From an uncultured Armatimonadia bacterium (GTDB lineage Bacteria > Armatimonadota > Zipacnadia > CAVVLO01): DNA of 64,000 nucleotides. The stretch spans positions 128,001 through 192,000 of the forward strand of contig CAVVLO010000003.1 in NCBI GenBank assembly GCA_963749155.1, written 5' to 3'. Under the pieces are notes generated by a model. That model searched no databases and was not told the DNA's origin. It was given only the letters and a program-made list of their open reading frames with translations. The stretch's first letter is position 1. Each line of letters begins with the position of its first letter. Position numbers and translations under genes: made by a program. Below are positions 41,145-52,768 of the stretch, one piece after another.

Positions 41145-42352
41145 CAGAAGTCCCCTTTCCGTTTGGATATGACTGTTGTGAGGTCGCGCTTCCACTCGCC
41201 ATCCAGCCTGCGAAGGCCGGTCTGGTCGGTGGCGGTGTCCTGATAGGCCCACATCCACCAGCCCGCGAAGCCGTACTCATCGCCTTTGGCGAAGTGCCAG
41301 CGCAGCACTTCGGCCTCCGAAAGCGCGCTCTTGTCGAGGATAGTCCCTTCCAGGCTATGGCCTGCGCCTTTGAAATCCGTAGAGATAATCGGCGCGGAAT
41401 TGCCTTCCGCAAGGATCCGGACGATTTCGCTGAGATAATAGACGCCATCGGGCGCAGGGTCACAGCAGGGATAGGTGCTCATCACCCAGTAATCAGGGGG
41501 CAGGCGCAGGTCGGCCACGAGCCACCGGTGCACGTTGGAGAAACTGCTTAGCCGCGCCAAAGGCGGCTTGGCGCTCCAATACGGCGTGTCGGCGAAGATT
41601 GGAAGCATTATCGGCGAGCCGACGGGGCGCTTGGCGGCAGCAAGGACGCGCGGCCAGATGTATTTGAGGAAGCGCTCGGTGTACTGGCCAATTTCCGGCT
41701 GCTCGGGGAAGTCCCAGGTGACCGGCTCCGCGCCGCCCCAGTGGTAGTTGCCCATCGGCACCCAGAGGGCAATAGCCTCGGGATGCTTGACCCTTGTCTC
41801 GACGTACTGGACTAGCTGCGTGTACCAGACGGCCGCCTCGCTCCAGGGAGTGTCATCGGGCTCGGGCCACCACTCGGAGGCGCCGATATGCTGGGCGGTA
41901 TCCACGCTGAAAGGGATCCACTGGTTGGTCGCGAGGTCCACCTCGACGCTGACGCCGAGGGTATGGCAGTAGTCGAGGAAGTCCACCAGATTATCCAGCG
42001 TGCGCAGATTGGCCCATTCGGCGGCGTCCTTCGCCTCATCGCTCGGGGAAAGGCCCGGCTCCCTCAGCGTGTAGGGGATAAGCACCATCACGTCGAGGAA
42101 GTTGATGCCTGTCTCGCGCACCAGGTCGGCGAGTTCGGCGTTGACACGGTCGCGGATCAGGTGATAATCCACCAGCCAGTGGCCGCTGCCGGGTGGGACA
42201 GGCGAGGTTGGATTAAAATGCACGCCGGCCAGCTCGCGAGGCTCAGGGGCGGGCGGTATGGGAAGCTCCCCCGTCCCCACTTTCAGGCCCAGCAAGCCAA
42301 GGGCCAGCGCGAGCAGCAGCAACACAGGACCGGGCGCTGTCGCAGGTGTCAT
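41144..42352 (-). CDS. Hypothetical secreted protein, possible TIM-barrel glycoside hydrolase
   Basis: Own signal-like segment MTPATAPGPVLLLLALALG; ATGA overlap at 42349-42352; C-terminal GWWMWAYQD...GLRRLDGEWK. Confidence 0.55.
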   Translation of the reverse strand: MTPATAPGPVLLLLALALGLLGLKVGTGELPIPPAPEPRELAGVHFNPTSPVPPGSGHWLVDYHLIRDRVNAELADLVRETGINFLDVMVLIPYTLREPGLSPSDEAKDAAEWANLRTLDNLVDFLDYCHTLGVSVEVDLATNQWIPFSVDTAQHIGASEWWPEPDDTPWSEAAVWYTQLVQYVETRVKHPEAIALWVPMGNYHWGGAEPVTWDFPEQPEIGQYTERFLKYIWPRVLAAAKRPVGSPIMLPIFADTPYWSAKPPLARLSSFSNVHRWLVADLRLPPDYWVMSTYPCCDPAPDGVYYLSEIVRILAEGNSAPIISTDFKGAGHSLEGTILDKSALSEAEVLRWHFAKGDEYGFAGWWMWAYQDTATDQTGLRRLDGEWKRDLTTVISKRKGDF

Positions 42353-43762
42353 AACTCGACCCCCTGCCCGGCGGAGCTCTGCCTGCACGGCGGCGACATC
42401 CACTTCACGCGGCGTTGTCCCGGTCTTCGCGGCGATTGCGGCGGCGGCGCCAGCTCCCTGCCCCACGACCAGCGTCTGCACCATCGCGCGCAGCAGCCAG
42501 GGGTTCTCCGAGCTGACACTGCGGCCGCAGCCGACCAGCAACCCGTCCACCTCGCGCGGCACAAGGCAGCGGTACGGCACGTCAAAGGAATCAGCTCTCA
42601 GCACCTGCGAGGCCCACGCGCCAGCGCCGGGGTGCTTTACTACTGCGTCCCAGCCGACCAGCCTGCCGATGGCGTCGGGCTGGCGAACACCGGCGCCCAT
42701 ACATTCGGCGGTGAAGGAGAAGTCGCCATCCAGATAGCGCGAGACGCGCACGCCCAGATTGGTCGCTGTGTCGGCCAGGAAGGCCCGCTCGAAGCCTGGG
42801 AGGTACTTCCGATAGACGTCGGTGAGGGTGGCGGCCATCTCGCGCCCGTCTCCAAGGCTTGCGCTGATGAGGGTCGGGTCCAACCCGTCGAAGTGGGTGA
42901 AGCCCGTGATGACGTGAACGGTACCGGTCTGGCGCAGCGCGTGCATCTGGCAGGCGTCGGTGGTGTCCTGCAGGCCAACGCGAGCAGGCAAGGCGCCCTC
43001 AGCCTTCGCGCGCTGGAAGGCCTCGAGTTGCATCCCGCCCCCGTGGGGGAAGAGGAACGTCCCGCAGTCATCGTATTGAGCGAGCGCCTCGGTCAGGCTC
43101 CAGTCCACGTCCATGTACTCGGGGAACTGGTCAGGATGGGCGCGGAAGAAGCCGACGAAGGCGTCTACATCCACGTTGCCCAGGCGGAAGCAAAGGCTGT
43201 GGCTGCCCTGCTCAAATACCCGCAGGGGCGCGCCGGAAGTAGCGGCAATATCGGCATCGGCTGTGCAGTCCACCACCACGTCCGCCAGCAGCGCCTGGCG
43301 GCCGGTCTTGGTTTCCACCACGACGCCCTTGACCGCGCTGTCCTCAACGAAGGCCGCGGCCCCGCAGGCCTGAAGCAGCGTCTGGGCGCCGGCCTCCGCT
43401 ACCAGCCTTTGCAACACCAGCTTGCCGGCCTCGAGGTCGTAGATGATATGCCCCTTGTGATTGCGCCATCTGAGGCCGTAACCGGTGGCCTCGGCCAGCC
43501 TGTCAGCGACCTCCAGCGCAAGGCCAGTCGTACCGAGTCTGCCCTCGGACGTGAAGAAGCTGTTGAAGACGCTACAGCACAGCCCCGCCGTCGCGACTCC
43601 GCCGAGGAAGGCATTGCGCTCGACCAGCAGGGTTGTTGCACCAGCGCGCGCGGCCGCCGTGGCCGCCGCAACTCCGCCCAGGCCCCCTCCCACGACCAGC
43701 ACATCCCACTTGCCGGCAACGGGTACCTCTCTCGCCTCTTCCCGGATGCTGTCGGGCATCAT
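42349..43762 (-). CDS. FAD-dependent oxidoreductase (FAD_oxidored type), frameshift near 42370
   Basis: DVLVVGGGLGG, LVERNAFLGG, VDCTADAD, VPYRCLVP; true end ELRRQGVEL*. Confidence 0.85.
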
Positions 43763-44838
43763 CCTTGCGCCTCCATCCAGCTTTTGACAGCCTCGAAACG
43801 CGCCTGCGGGATAGGCAGGCCATCCGCCCCGAGCCAGAGGCAGAAGTTCGCTTCGCGCAGTCGGGGCGTGTAGAGGGCCTCCAGCGCCGCCGGCAAGGTT
43901 GAAACTGGCGCCATACAGAAGATCGCGGGGTCGAGGATGCCGATGATTACGAGGTCCTCTCCCAGCGCGTCAAGCGCCTCGTCCCAGGGCGTATTGCCAA
44001 CCGGTGGGGGCGTCAGCGCGTGGATGCCGTCCATCCCGGTCTGCTTGAAATCTTGCAGCAGGTCGCGCACATGGCCGCACATATGCACCAGGGCGACCTT
44101 GCCGGCTTCGTGGGCGAGGGAGCAGAACTCTTCCACATGAGGCAGGTTATACTTGCGGTAGACCTCGGGGCTGATGTAGTAGGTGCTGGTGTTTTCGCAC
44201 AGGATTAGCACCTCGACAGGCCCTTCGGCAAGCAGCCGGAAAGCCTCGCGGTGCTTCTCGTGGATGGTCTCAATCAGGCCCTCCATCTCGACAGGATAAT
44301 CAGCCAGCAAGTAGTAAAACTGTTCTGTCCCAATCTCGGTCTCGAGCAGCAGCGGGAGGGTCGAAGGCCCCCAGAACCGCGTCACGATGCCCGCCTCGCC
44401 GATCAGCCCGTCCAGCGCTGCAAGCACTGGAGTGTCATCGCGAGCAACATAAGAGGCGCCTTCCCAAAGCTCGCGGTACAGTCGAAGCGACTCGAGCGAG
44501 TCTACTGGATATTTGACCGGATGGGCGAGCCTGTGGGCCGAGGTCAGAGTGCCTCTGGGGGTAATGAGTTCTCTTATTGTGGTGTCGCCCTCGAGGCGCC
44601 AGCGCTCTTCGACGCCCTCAGGCCAGCGGCGCTCGGGCGAGGCGAAGGCATGAGGGGTGTTCCAGCCATCCAGCAGCAGCACGTCGCAGCCGAGGTGCTT
44701 GTAGAAATCGATGCCGCCGTTGCCGCGCAGCTCCTCCGGCAGCAGGCCGAGGGTGTAGCCATCAACCAGCGTAGTCCAGCTCAGCCCCTCGAAAGGCTGT
44801 TTGCGCAGCAGAGCGTTTATCCGCTCGCGATTCGTCAA
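43759..44838 (-). CDS. URO-D/MtaA-CmuA family protein
   Basis: MTNRERINALL, YISPEVY, VHMCGH, GIHALTPPPVGN; GGAGG RBS. Confidence 0.85.
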   Translation of the reverse strand: MTNRERINALLRKQPFEGLSWTTLVDGYTLGLLPEELRGNGGIDFYKHLGCDVLLLDGWNTPHAFASPERRWPEGVEERWRLEGDTTIRELITPRGTLTSAHRLAHPVKYPVDSLESLRLYRELWEGASYVARDDTPVLAALDGLIGEAGIVTRFWGPSTLPLLLETEIGTEQFYYLLADYPVEMEGLIETIHEKHREAFRLLAEGPVEVLILCENTSTYYISPEVYRKYNLPHVEEFCSLAHEAGKVALVHMCGHVRDLLQDFKQTGMDGIHALTPPPVGNTPWDEALDALGEDLVIIGILDPAIFCMAPVSTLPAALEALYTPRLREANFCLWLGADGLPIPQARFEAVKSWMEAQG

Positions 44839-44951
44839 GGTTGGTCCTCCCGGAGCAGAATCAGGAAGTAGGCTTTCACGCCTGGGCGTGGAAATCCTGC
44901 TCTGGGCGCGTTTTCAGGCTTTTATTGCGCGCCCCAATCCGGAGAGTGCCG

Positions 44952-47355
44952 ATGCAACTGAGCAACGTCCAGCTTGAAGTCAGCCTGAAGCCCTTCAAAG
45001 CCCTCTCCGAGGAGGGCCTGCGAGCGGTCTGTCGGACTCTGTTCGAACAGTGGCTGCCTCTCTGTCGGACTTCCCGGCAGGTCTCGGTGCTGCTTTGGGC
45101 GGCTGACGGGTCCGAGATACTGGACTATCAGGGCGATCTGAGCGCCGAGTTTGAGTGGGCCAAATGGGTCGGTGTGGCCAATCCGCGCGCCGAGAAGCCC
45201 AAAGGCCCGAAGGGCGAGGCCGTCCATCATAGCCCGCGGCTTTATATCGAGCAGCCGCCTTCCTGGACCTATGGCGACCTGAAGCGCCTGATTGGCCTGC
45301 TTAAAGAGGTCGGCGCTGAAGTGACCGGCCTGCCCGTCCGGGTTGGCGCGACCTTCGACCCGGGGCCGGAATTTGCGGTCTCCAGCTTCAAATACGAACG
45401 CCACCCCGAGTTATGTCCCGGCGAGACGATGGGCAAGGGGAGTTTTGCCGTCTGCTATGCCACTTTGCACGGTGACAACCACAAGTACGCCACCTTCCCC
45501 GAAGGCATCCCCGAGGGCACGCCCTTCGGCACTTTCCTCGGCCGGCAAGCGCGCTGTTTCATGGAGGAGCTGGGCTATGATTATCTGTGGCTTTCCAACG
45601 GGTTTGGCTTCGGATTGGAGCCCTGGGGGCTGAGGGGCGCTGTGTTCAACGGGAAGAAGTTCTTCCCAGAGCGCGCCGAGGCAGTTAAAGAAGGCAGTCT
45701 TGCTTTCTGGAAGGCGCTCAGGGACGAACTTGGCGACCTGCCGCTCGCTACCCGCGGGACCAACCTCTCGACAGGGATGGACCTGGCCTCCGACGGGGTG
45801 CCGCTACGAGAGCTGTATGCGGGTGGATTCAATTTTGAGCCGCCGCCCAACTCGCCCTGGGCCGCGCTCAACGGCGATTTCGGTCTGGAACTCATCGGCT
45901 GGATGTCTCATATCGCAGAGCTGCCAGGGAGGGACTACCCCTTCAGGTTTTATATCCACGACCCGTGGTTCCTGAACAGCCCCTGGCTGGACAGATATGG
46001 CCGGCAGCCCCATGACATCTACCTGCCCCTCGCGGTCAGCCGGATCGATGCGGCAGGCGAAGTGAGCACGCCCAACTCGCAGCTCTTGCTGACAGTGGAT
46101 GACTCTCATGGCGAGTTGCCGGACCAGGTGCCGCAGGAGGTCCTCCCCCATCTGCTGGACGCCTGGCGCACCGCCCCTGATGAGCCTGGACCGCTGGTGT
46201 GGGTTTATCCCTTCGCCGAATACCACGAGTGGACTTTTGGCTCTCCGGACCGCATCGAGGAGGTCTTCTTTGGCGACTGGTTTATGCGCGGCGCGGTAAA
46301 CGCTGGCCTGCCGCTCAACACTGTCATCAGCACGACCAGCCTGCCCTCGGCGCTTGGGCGGCTCGCGGAGTCCCTCCTCGTCAGCCCCGTGCCGGATGCC
46401 GGCAGCGCGTGGGAAGAGGCACTTCTCGGTCACGTAATTCGCGGTGGGAAAGCACTGCTGTATGGCCCGCTCGGTCACGCGGGGCCGGAACTACTTGAGG
46501 CGCTGCGAGTGGATTTGACCGCGCCACTAGAGGGCGACTTTGAGCTGGCGCTTGCCTGCGAGCAGGACCTGACCGAGACGACGCCCTTCCCCACGAGGCT
46601 TGCGCACTCGGCTTTCCTCTCAGGGGGCGGGCTGGAGGCTGAGCCGCGCGAGGGTGCCGCTCCACCGTTTGCCGCTTCGACCCAGGACGGAGCGCAGCGA
46701 GTCGCAGCAACGCTCGCTCAAGTGGGCGAAGGGACGCTGGCCTGGGTGCGCGGGACGGTGGCCTGCGACCCCGAGCGGACTACCGGTCATCTCCTCGTCC
46801 CGCTGGAAGCCGAACAGCTTCTTCCCCGCCGAGATATTGATGCGGTATGCGCTGGCCCAGCTTGGGATTCAACTGTTCGCTGACCGCGATTCACCGCGCC
46901 AGAGACCGCCTCTTGTGACCATCTCGCGCAACCAGGGGGCCTGGTATTTTGCGGGCTACAATCCTGACACGACGGTCGGTCTGCGCCTGCGTCTGCCCGA
47001 GGGGGCGCCCCTCTTCATCGGCTGCGAGACACGCCTGGTGGAGGGTCGCACCGCCCACTGCCTGCCGCGCGCCTGGCGGCACGAGTGTCGTGTCTTCATC
47101 AGCGAGCAGCCATCGGGGTTGCTCTCGTGCGTCGAGCAGTTCGCGGGAGAGGTGGGCATACGCCGTCGGCTGCGCATCACGGGGCTCGAAAACGCGACGG
47201 TGCGATTCTTCCCAGTGCCTGGGACCGAGGCCGAGGTGCAGTTGCTTCGTAGTCCAGTCCACCCCTATATGGAAGGCGACTTCCTCACGCCGGAGCGCGA
47301 GGGCAAGGCGCTTCTGGCCCGCAACGTGACGGGCGAACTGCTGATATCGTGGTGA
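44952..47355 (+). CDS. Conserved hypothetical protein (possible glycoside hydrolase), frameshift near 46815
   Basis: ORFs 44841-46883 and 46600-47355 join; DYLWLSNGFGF, YIHDPWF; precedes the isomerase gene. Confidence 0.65.
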
Positions 47356-47384
47356 CCCAACCGTCCCAGAAGGAGTGCTGAGCA

Positions 47385-48838
47385 ATGCAAATCGCGCGTC
47401 GCAAGCCGCTTACCGCCAAAGTTGGGCTGTTCGCAGTCGGATTGGACACCTACTGGGGCCAGTTCCCAGGCCTGCTCGAGACACTGCTTGGGTACCTTGC
47501 CGATCTTGAAAGCCAGCTCCAGGCGCGAGGGGTCACGGTGACCAATTTCGGGATGGTAGATAACGCTGAAGCCGCCCAGGCCGCGCTGAGGCGGATGAAG
47601 GCCGCGGACCTCGATCTCGTTTTCTGCGATATGGTCACCTATGCGACCTCCTGCACTGTCGCGCCAATCCTCCGCAATCTCGATGTCCCTCTCGTACTTG
47701 TCGCTCTGCAGCCCCGGTCTCGGCTGGACTATGAAAACGCGACTATCCGGATGCAACTGGAGAACGACAATATCTGCTCGTTGCCCGAGTTCGCTGGCGT
47801 AGCGGTCAGGCTGGGCAAGCAGGTGCCTCCAACAATTATCGGCACTCTCCACGAAGACCTTGAGGCTCAGCGCGAACTCACCCGCTGGTGCAGCATCGCC
47901 AAAGTGCTTCACGACCTCAAGGGCGCGCGGATTGGCCATTTCGGCCATCCCCTCGAGGCGATGCTGGATATGCACACCGACCCCACCGCGCTGACCGCGG
48001 CCTTCGGACTGCATGTCGTGCAGACTGAACTAGACGATCTGGAGCGCCTCCACCGCACTGTCACCGATGCCGAGGTCGAGGCGAAGCGCGGCAGAGATAC
48101 TCGGAAGTGTTCGACACCCCTGATCCGGGCGCTGATGCGCTGGCCACGAAGCTCACCGAGGCCGACCTTGCAGCCGCCGCCAGAGCCGCGGTGGCCCTCG
48201 ACAAGTTTGTGGAAGAATTTCACCTGGATGGCCTGGCCTATTATTACAAGGGGGAGGCCGGCAGCGAACGCGAACGACTGGCCGCAAGCCTTATTGTCGG
48301 CAACTCGCTGCTGACGGCGGGCGGTTTCCCGATGTGTGGCGAGTCCGACCTGAAGACCTGCGTTGCGATGCTGATAATGGACAGGCTCGATATCGGCGGC
48401 AGTTTTGCAGAGCTCCATCCCGTGGATTTTGCTGGCGATTTCGTGCTGGTCGGGCATGATGGGCCCCATCACCTCGCGGTTGCGGACGGCAGGCCCAAAC
48501 TGCGCAGCCTCACCAAATATCACGGCAAGCCAGGCGCGGGCGCCTCGGTCGAGTTCAAGCTGAAGGAAGGCCCCATCACGATGCTGGGGATTACGTCCAC
48601 CTTCGAGGGGCGCTTCAAGTTCGTCATCGCTGAGGGCGAATCGCTGGCCGGCCCCATCCCCGCCACGGGCAACACCAACACGCGCGGCCGCTTTGCCCCT
48701 GATGTAAGGAGCTTCCTCTCGGCGTGGATTGCGGAAGGCCCCACGCATCACTTTGCGCTGGGCATCGGCCACGAAGCGGCTACCCTGGCACGCCTGGGCG
48801 AGGCGCTCGGTATCGAGTCGGTCGTGGTCACGCCCTAG
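47385..48838 (+). CDS. L-fucose/L-arabinose isomerase family protein, frameshift near 48100
   Basis: GLDTYWGQFPGL, GESDLKT, GHDGPHH, YHGKPG, GNTNTR, GPTHHFALG. Confidence 0.9.
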
Positions 48839-48840
48839 CG

Positions 48841-50157
48841 CTACTCGGGCGGCAGCGCGACGCCCTCCAGATTAAGGCCGATTGCCACCTGCCCTTCGGC
48901 TCGGTTGTCGATTGCCTCCAGGCCAGCGAACTGGTTGCTGGTGAGGATTGCCGCCTTCACCGCTGGCTCGAGCACAATCTGGGCGGGCTGGGTATCCTGA
49001 AAAAGACACCCCGTCACGGTCAGGCGACCGCCTTCAGCGACCAGTCCCGCCGGCGCGTGAGCGCAGCGCGGGTCTATTGCCCTGAAATGGCAGTTGGAGA
49101 AAGACACAGGCCCCTCTCCGGCGAGTCTGCCAAACCGCACGCCCTTGGTTCCATTCATACTGCCTGCCAAAGTGCAGGCGGTAAACTTGACAGGCCCGGT
49201 GTTGGTCGCCGAGACATTGATCTCGCCGTAGAACTGACAGTTGACGAAGCTCGTGCCCATCGTGGCCATCGTGGAATCCACAAGCACCGCCGCGCCGCCC
49301 CCGTCAGCGCCTCCGCCGACGATCTTCACATCGCCCGGGCCTGGGTCATAAGGCTCTCTCTTGGGGCTGTGTATGAAGTGGAAGCCTGTTTTGTAGCCGA
49401 TGCAGAAGCAGTTGGTCATCTGCTGCCAGTCGCTGCGGGCGATTATAAAACCTTCGCCGTGTTCGGCAGTGAAGTCCTTGAGCGGCGACAGGGAGAAATC
49501 CCAGAAGGGGAACAGGTGTACGTCCTCCAGACGCACGATATCGTGACAATCGTCTATGAAGAAGCCTCGATAGATCGCCCCCGCGTAGAGGCTGCGCACC
49601 GTGTGGCGGCCCACGTAAGCCGAACCGAAATCCACAGCCTGATAGGGATTCACCATAAATATATCAATCAGGAAGGTGTCCCAGCCCAGGCTCCGGACAG
49701 TCCAGGGATAGGCCACGGGCGGGTTGGTCTTGGTCTGGTTCGGATAAAAAATGGTCAGGCCGCGCAGCCCGGCATTGTTGCCGAGGGTGATGAAGGGCGT
49801 GCCGTCCGGCTGGCCTGCGCCTTCGGTGACAAGCAACACGCTGCCCTGGAGGTTGAGCGCGCCTTCGGTGGCGCTTTCGTAAAGACTGCAGCCATGCGGA
49901 CCGACGAATACCCCTTGCAGCGCGACATTAGCCGGCAGGTTAAGATGGCCTGCAATCAGGAACTTGCCCGCCGGCAGGCTCACCGCTCCGCCCCCTGCTG
50001 CGGCACAAGCGTCGATTGCAGCCTGGAAGGCCGCAGTATCGTCTGCAATACCATCGCCGACCGCACCATAATCAGCTTTCACATCGAAGGCCGCAAGGGC
50101 AGAAAGAGTCACCAGGCAAACCAGTCCAAGCACCAAGAACAGGCTGCGAAAAAACAT
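48841..50157 (-). CDS. Secreted right-handed beta-helix protein (Pectate_lyase_3/GH55-like)
   Basis: DYGAVGDGIADDTAAFQAAID..GGGAVSLPAGKF; signal peptide. Confidence 0.85.
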   Translation of the reverse strand: MFFRSLFLVLGLVCLVTLSALAAFDVKADYGAVGDGIADDTAAFQAAIDACAAAGGGAVSLPAGKFLIAGHLNLPANVALQGVFVGPHGCSLYESATEGALNLQGSVLLVTEGAGQPDGTPFITLGNNAGLRGLTIFYPNQTKTNPPVAYPWTVRSLGWDTFLIDIFMVNPYQAVDFGSAYVGRHTVRSLYAGAIYRGFFIDDCHDIVRLEDVHLFPFWDFSLSPLKDFTAEHGEGFIIARSDWQQMTNCFCIGYKTGFHFIHSPKREPYDPGPGDVKIVGGGADGGGAAVLVDSTMATMGTSFVNCQFYGEINVSATNTGPVKFTACTLAGSMNGTKGVRFGRLAGEGPVSFSNCHFRAIDPRCAHAPAGLVAEGGRLTVTGCLFQDTQPAQIVLEPAVKAAILTSNQFAGLEAIDNRAEGQVAIGLNLEGVALPPE

Positions 50158-50181
50158 GAGGCAGTCCTCCAGTAGGTCTTT

Positions 50182-52599
50182 TTAGTCCTTGCCCTGTTCC
50201 TGATTCTCGAGCAGGTCGAGCACCGCCAAACGATAATGATCCAGCAAGCTGCGGTCTCTTTCGAGCGTCCACTGGTAACGCCGGCCCTTCAGGAGGGGCA
50301 CCTGCTCGGCTATTTCGGCCAACAGCTCAAGCGCCCTCTGCCTGAAGGCCAAGTCGGTCGTCGACTCACCAGCATCCTGCAACATCGCCAGATACTCATA
50401 GTCTTCTATACCCTCGCGCACTGCCTGCCAGTAGAGGCTGTCCGTGACACTGTCCTGGTCAAGGAAGACTGGCGAGAAGGACGTGCCCTGGACCGTATAC
50501 TCGTTCCAGGAACTGAGACCGTGCCCTAGATCGCCAAAGGCCCAGAAACCGACCCCCGTCGCCCCTTCGTTGAAAGCCTGCCAAGCCATCCGACGGTAAT
50601 ACGCATCGGGATCGAAGGCGCGTGTGGGCCCATCGCAGTTGTAGAACCAAAGCTGCTTGCCCTGCGCGCGCAATCTCTTGTAATAGTCGCGGGACTCTTC
50701 AGCGCCGTCAGCGTAAAGGCTCAGGTTCGGACAGAGGATGTCGGCCAGCAGCAACGCGTCCTGATGGAAGGTGAGATCGGGCCGCTCCCAGATAGGGTCG
50801 GAGAAGACCAGCAGGCCACTGCCTTTAAGGGCCCTTGCCCAGGTGGCGACGATCTGGTCCATCGAGTCCTCTCTCGGCTCGTCCACCAACAGCAGCGCCA
50901 ACTGTCCTGGTTGCATCCCTCTTTCCACCATATGCTCAGCAAGTGCCTGCGCCCATATGGCGACTCGCTCCTCAAAGACCCTGGTGCCCATCTCGACCCC
51001 GGCGAAGGTCGTACCCACGCTCGCGAAGACCATATAGTGCCTCGCTCCAGGCCACCTGGTCAGCCACTCATCCAGTGCCGAGAAGTCTAACTCGTGAGTG
51101 AGGTGTTGAGAGGCGTCGAATCCAGCCTCATTGGGCCACGGCAGCACCCCCGCGTGCGCCCATGGCGAATCTACGAAGTGCGACCGCATCAGCGCGATGG
51201 CCTCCTCCAGGTTACCAGGGCCCACACCCCCGTAGCCCTCGGCGTCGGTGTAGTCCCACATCCCCAGCGAAAGACGCGGAGTGCCCAGTTCGAGTCTCGA
51301 GACGCGTATTCCGAGGGGCACTGCCAGCTCTCCTCCGTACCCTTCGACTACCACACGGCCCTCATACTTTCCTTTGGCCAACCGCGATGAGTCAACAGTC
51401 AGCCACACCTTACTCGTCAGACCGGAGAGCAGCTCAAGGGTGAAAGCCCCGTCCTCATAGGGCGCCGCAACCAACGCCGAGGCGACCGGCAAGAGTTCAG
51501 CGGTATCTGTCCAGGGCACACTGGCCACTTGCAGCCAGTCCGGGTTGGGCGCGCCGGGCACATCCTTGATCCTCAGTCGCGCCGTGATCGCCTGCTGCGT
51601 AGTGTTCGTCAGCAGGAAGCCATCGGCCCTGAACTCGCCCTGCATCAGGCTTATCGACAGCTCTATCCCATCCGGGGCGGCCTGAGGAGCCTCGAAGAGC
51701 CCCAGCGGATCGAACCGGTGCTTGCGCCAGGCGAGGACCTCCGGCAGCCCGCTAGCGCTGAGTAGGCTGGCGTGGACTCTGAATAGTTCGTTGTGCAGTT
51801 CGTTCAGCGGAAGCACCGCGCGGAAGTCCTCTGAGTGCTCGATGCTGATTGACTCGGCTTCCCTGCGCAGAGCCTCTATCCGTGCATGGAGCGGGGCCTT
51901 CTCTGACTCAGGAAGCTTGGTATCATCCAACGCCTTCCGCACGCTCTCGAGGTCGGCAGCCAGGCGAGCACGCACTGCCTGGGTAACCTGCGAGTCGAGC
52001 AGGTAGGCCGCCACGTCGGAGATTACAGGCCCTTCGGGCTCCATGTCCATGAGGGCCGAATCCCCCTCGTAAACCTCAACCTCGTCGGTGAAGATATAAG
52101 GCCCGTCCGTCGTGCGCACGGCCAGCTTGACATATCTGCCCCTGGTTCCAAGAGCGTTCGTGGTGAAGGTGAAACACGAGTAATCGCCCAACGGAGGCGG
52201 TGACTCGGCAGCAAGCGCAACGAGGTCGCCCGCCAGGCGCCAGGTCTTCCCGTCATCGCTCACGAAGACCAGCAGACTACTAGGCCAGGTCACACCGGCG
52301 ACCCCAGCCGCGGTGCTGTAGGCAAGGCCGGAAATTGGCTGCACCTTCCCGAGATCAAGAGTGAACAGCACCCACAGCCGCTGCTGCCAACCGACGCAAC
52401 CGCGCTCGGTCCATATACGCCCGCTAGTGCAGCGCTGTCCGTCGGTAAGCTGAAGGGCATCCTCGGCGTCTGTGCAGCCCCAATAGCTGGGCGGTGTGTC
52501 AAACTGGACTGAACAGCCCCGGGCCACGTTATGAGCGCCACTTTGCGCGGCGCACTGTTGAACCAGGCTCAGCAGCACAAGTAAACTGGCAAGCAGCAT
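50182..52599 (-). CDS. Secreted discoidin (F5/8 type C) plus GH123/DUF4091-like protein
   Basis: NVARG, LTDG, LDLGKVQ, SDDGKTW, DEVEVY; C-terminal LWFYNC..GFWAF..WQAVREGIEDYEYL. Confidence 0.75.
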   Translation of the reverse strand: MLLASLLVLLSLVQQCAAQSGAHNVARGCSVQFDTPPSYWGCTDAEDALQLTDGQRCTSGRIWTERGCVGWQQRLWVLFTLDLGKVQPISGLAYSTAAGVAGVTWPSSLLVFVSDDGKTWRLAGDLVALAAESPPPLGDYSCFTFTTNALGTRGRYVKLAVRTTDGPYIFTDEVEVYEGDSALMDMEPEGPVISDVAAYLLDSQVTQAVRARLAADLESVRKALDDTKLPESEKAPLHARIEALRREAESISIEHSEDFRAVLPLNELHNELFRVHASLLSASGLPEVLAWRKHRFDPLGLFEAPQAAPDGIELSISLMQGEFRADGFLLTNTTQQAITARLRIKDVPGAPNPDWLQVASVPWTDTAELLPVASALVAAPYEDGAFTLELLSGLTSKVWLTVDSSRLAKGKYEGRVVVEGYGGELAVPLGIRVSRLELGTPRLSLGMWDYTDAEGYGGVGPGNLEEAIALMRSHFVDSPWAHAGVLPWPNEAGFDASQHLTHELDFSALDEWLTRWPGARHYMVFASVGTTFAGVEMGTRVFEERVAIWAQALAEHMVERGMQPGQLALLLVDEPREDSMDQIVATWARALKGSGLLVFSDPIWERPDLTFHQDALLLADILCPNLSLYADGAEESRDYYKRLRAQGKQLWFYNCDGPTRAFDPDAYYRRMAWQAFNEGATGVGFWAFGDLGHGLSSWNEYTVQGTSFSPVFLDQDSVTDSLYWQAVREGIEDYEYLAMLQDAGESTTDLAFRQRALELLAEIAEQVPLLKGRRYQWTLERDRSLLDHYRLAVLDLLENQEQGKD

Positions 52600-52768
52600 A
52601 TTTATCCCCCTTCTGCCGGTCGCGCCATGGGGCATCTTACACCTCTTCTTCCAGCCGTGCCGATGACCGAGTGGTGGCTATTTCGTTGCCGTGTCGGCTG
52701 AACCTGCTCTCCTGACCTGGCGTCCAATAAGAGGAAGCTCATTTGCAAAACACTTGGAGGGGAGTCGT

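Noticed and set aside
41144..43762. Apparent 872-aa fusion of an FAD oxidoreductase with a secreted hydrolase
   Set aside because: An extra G near 42370 explains it. The corrected frame ends ELRRQGVEL* with an ATGA overlap onto a second gene that has its own signal segment.
257..50175. Long antisense or alternate-frame ORFs (e.g. 257-1534, 5062-6252, 27472-28839, 41888-43873, 48724-50175)
   Set aside because: They are shadows of real genes on the opposite strand, expected in GC-rich DNA, and have no recognisable motifs.
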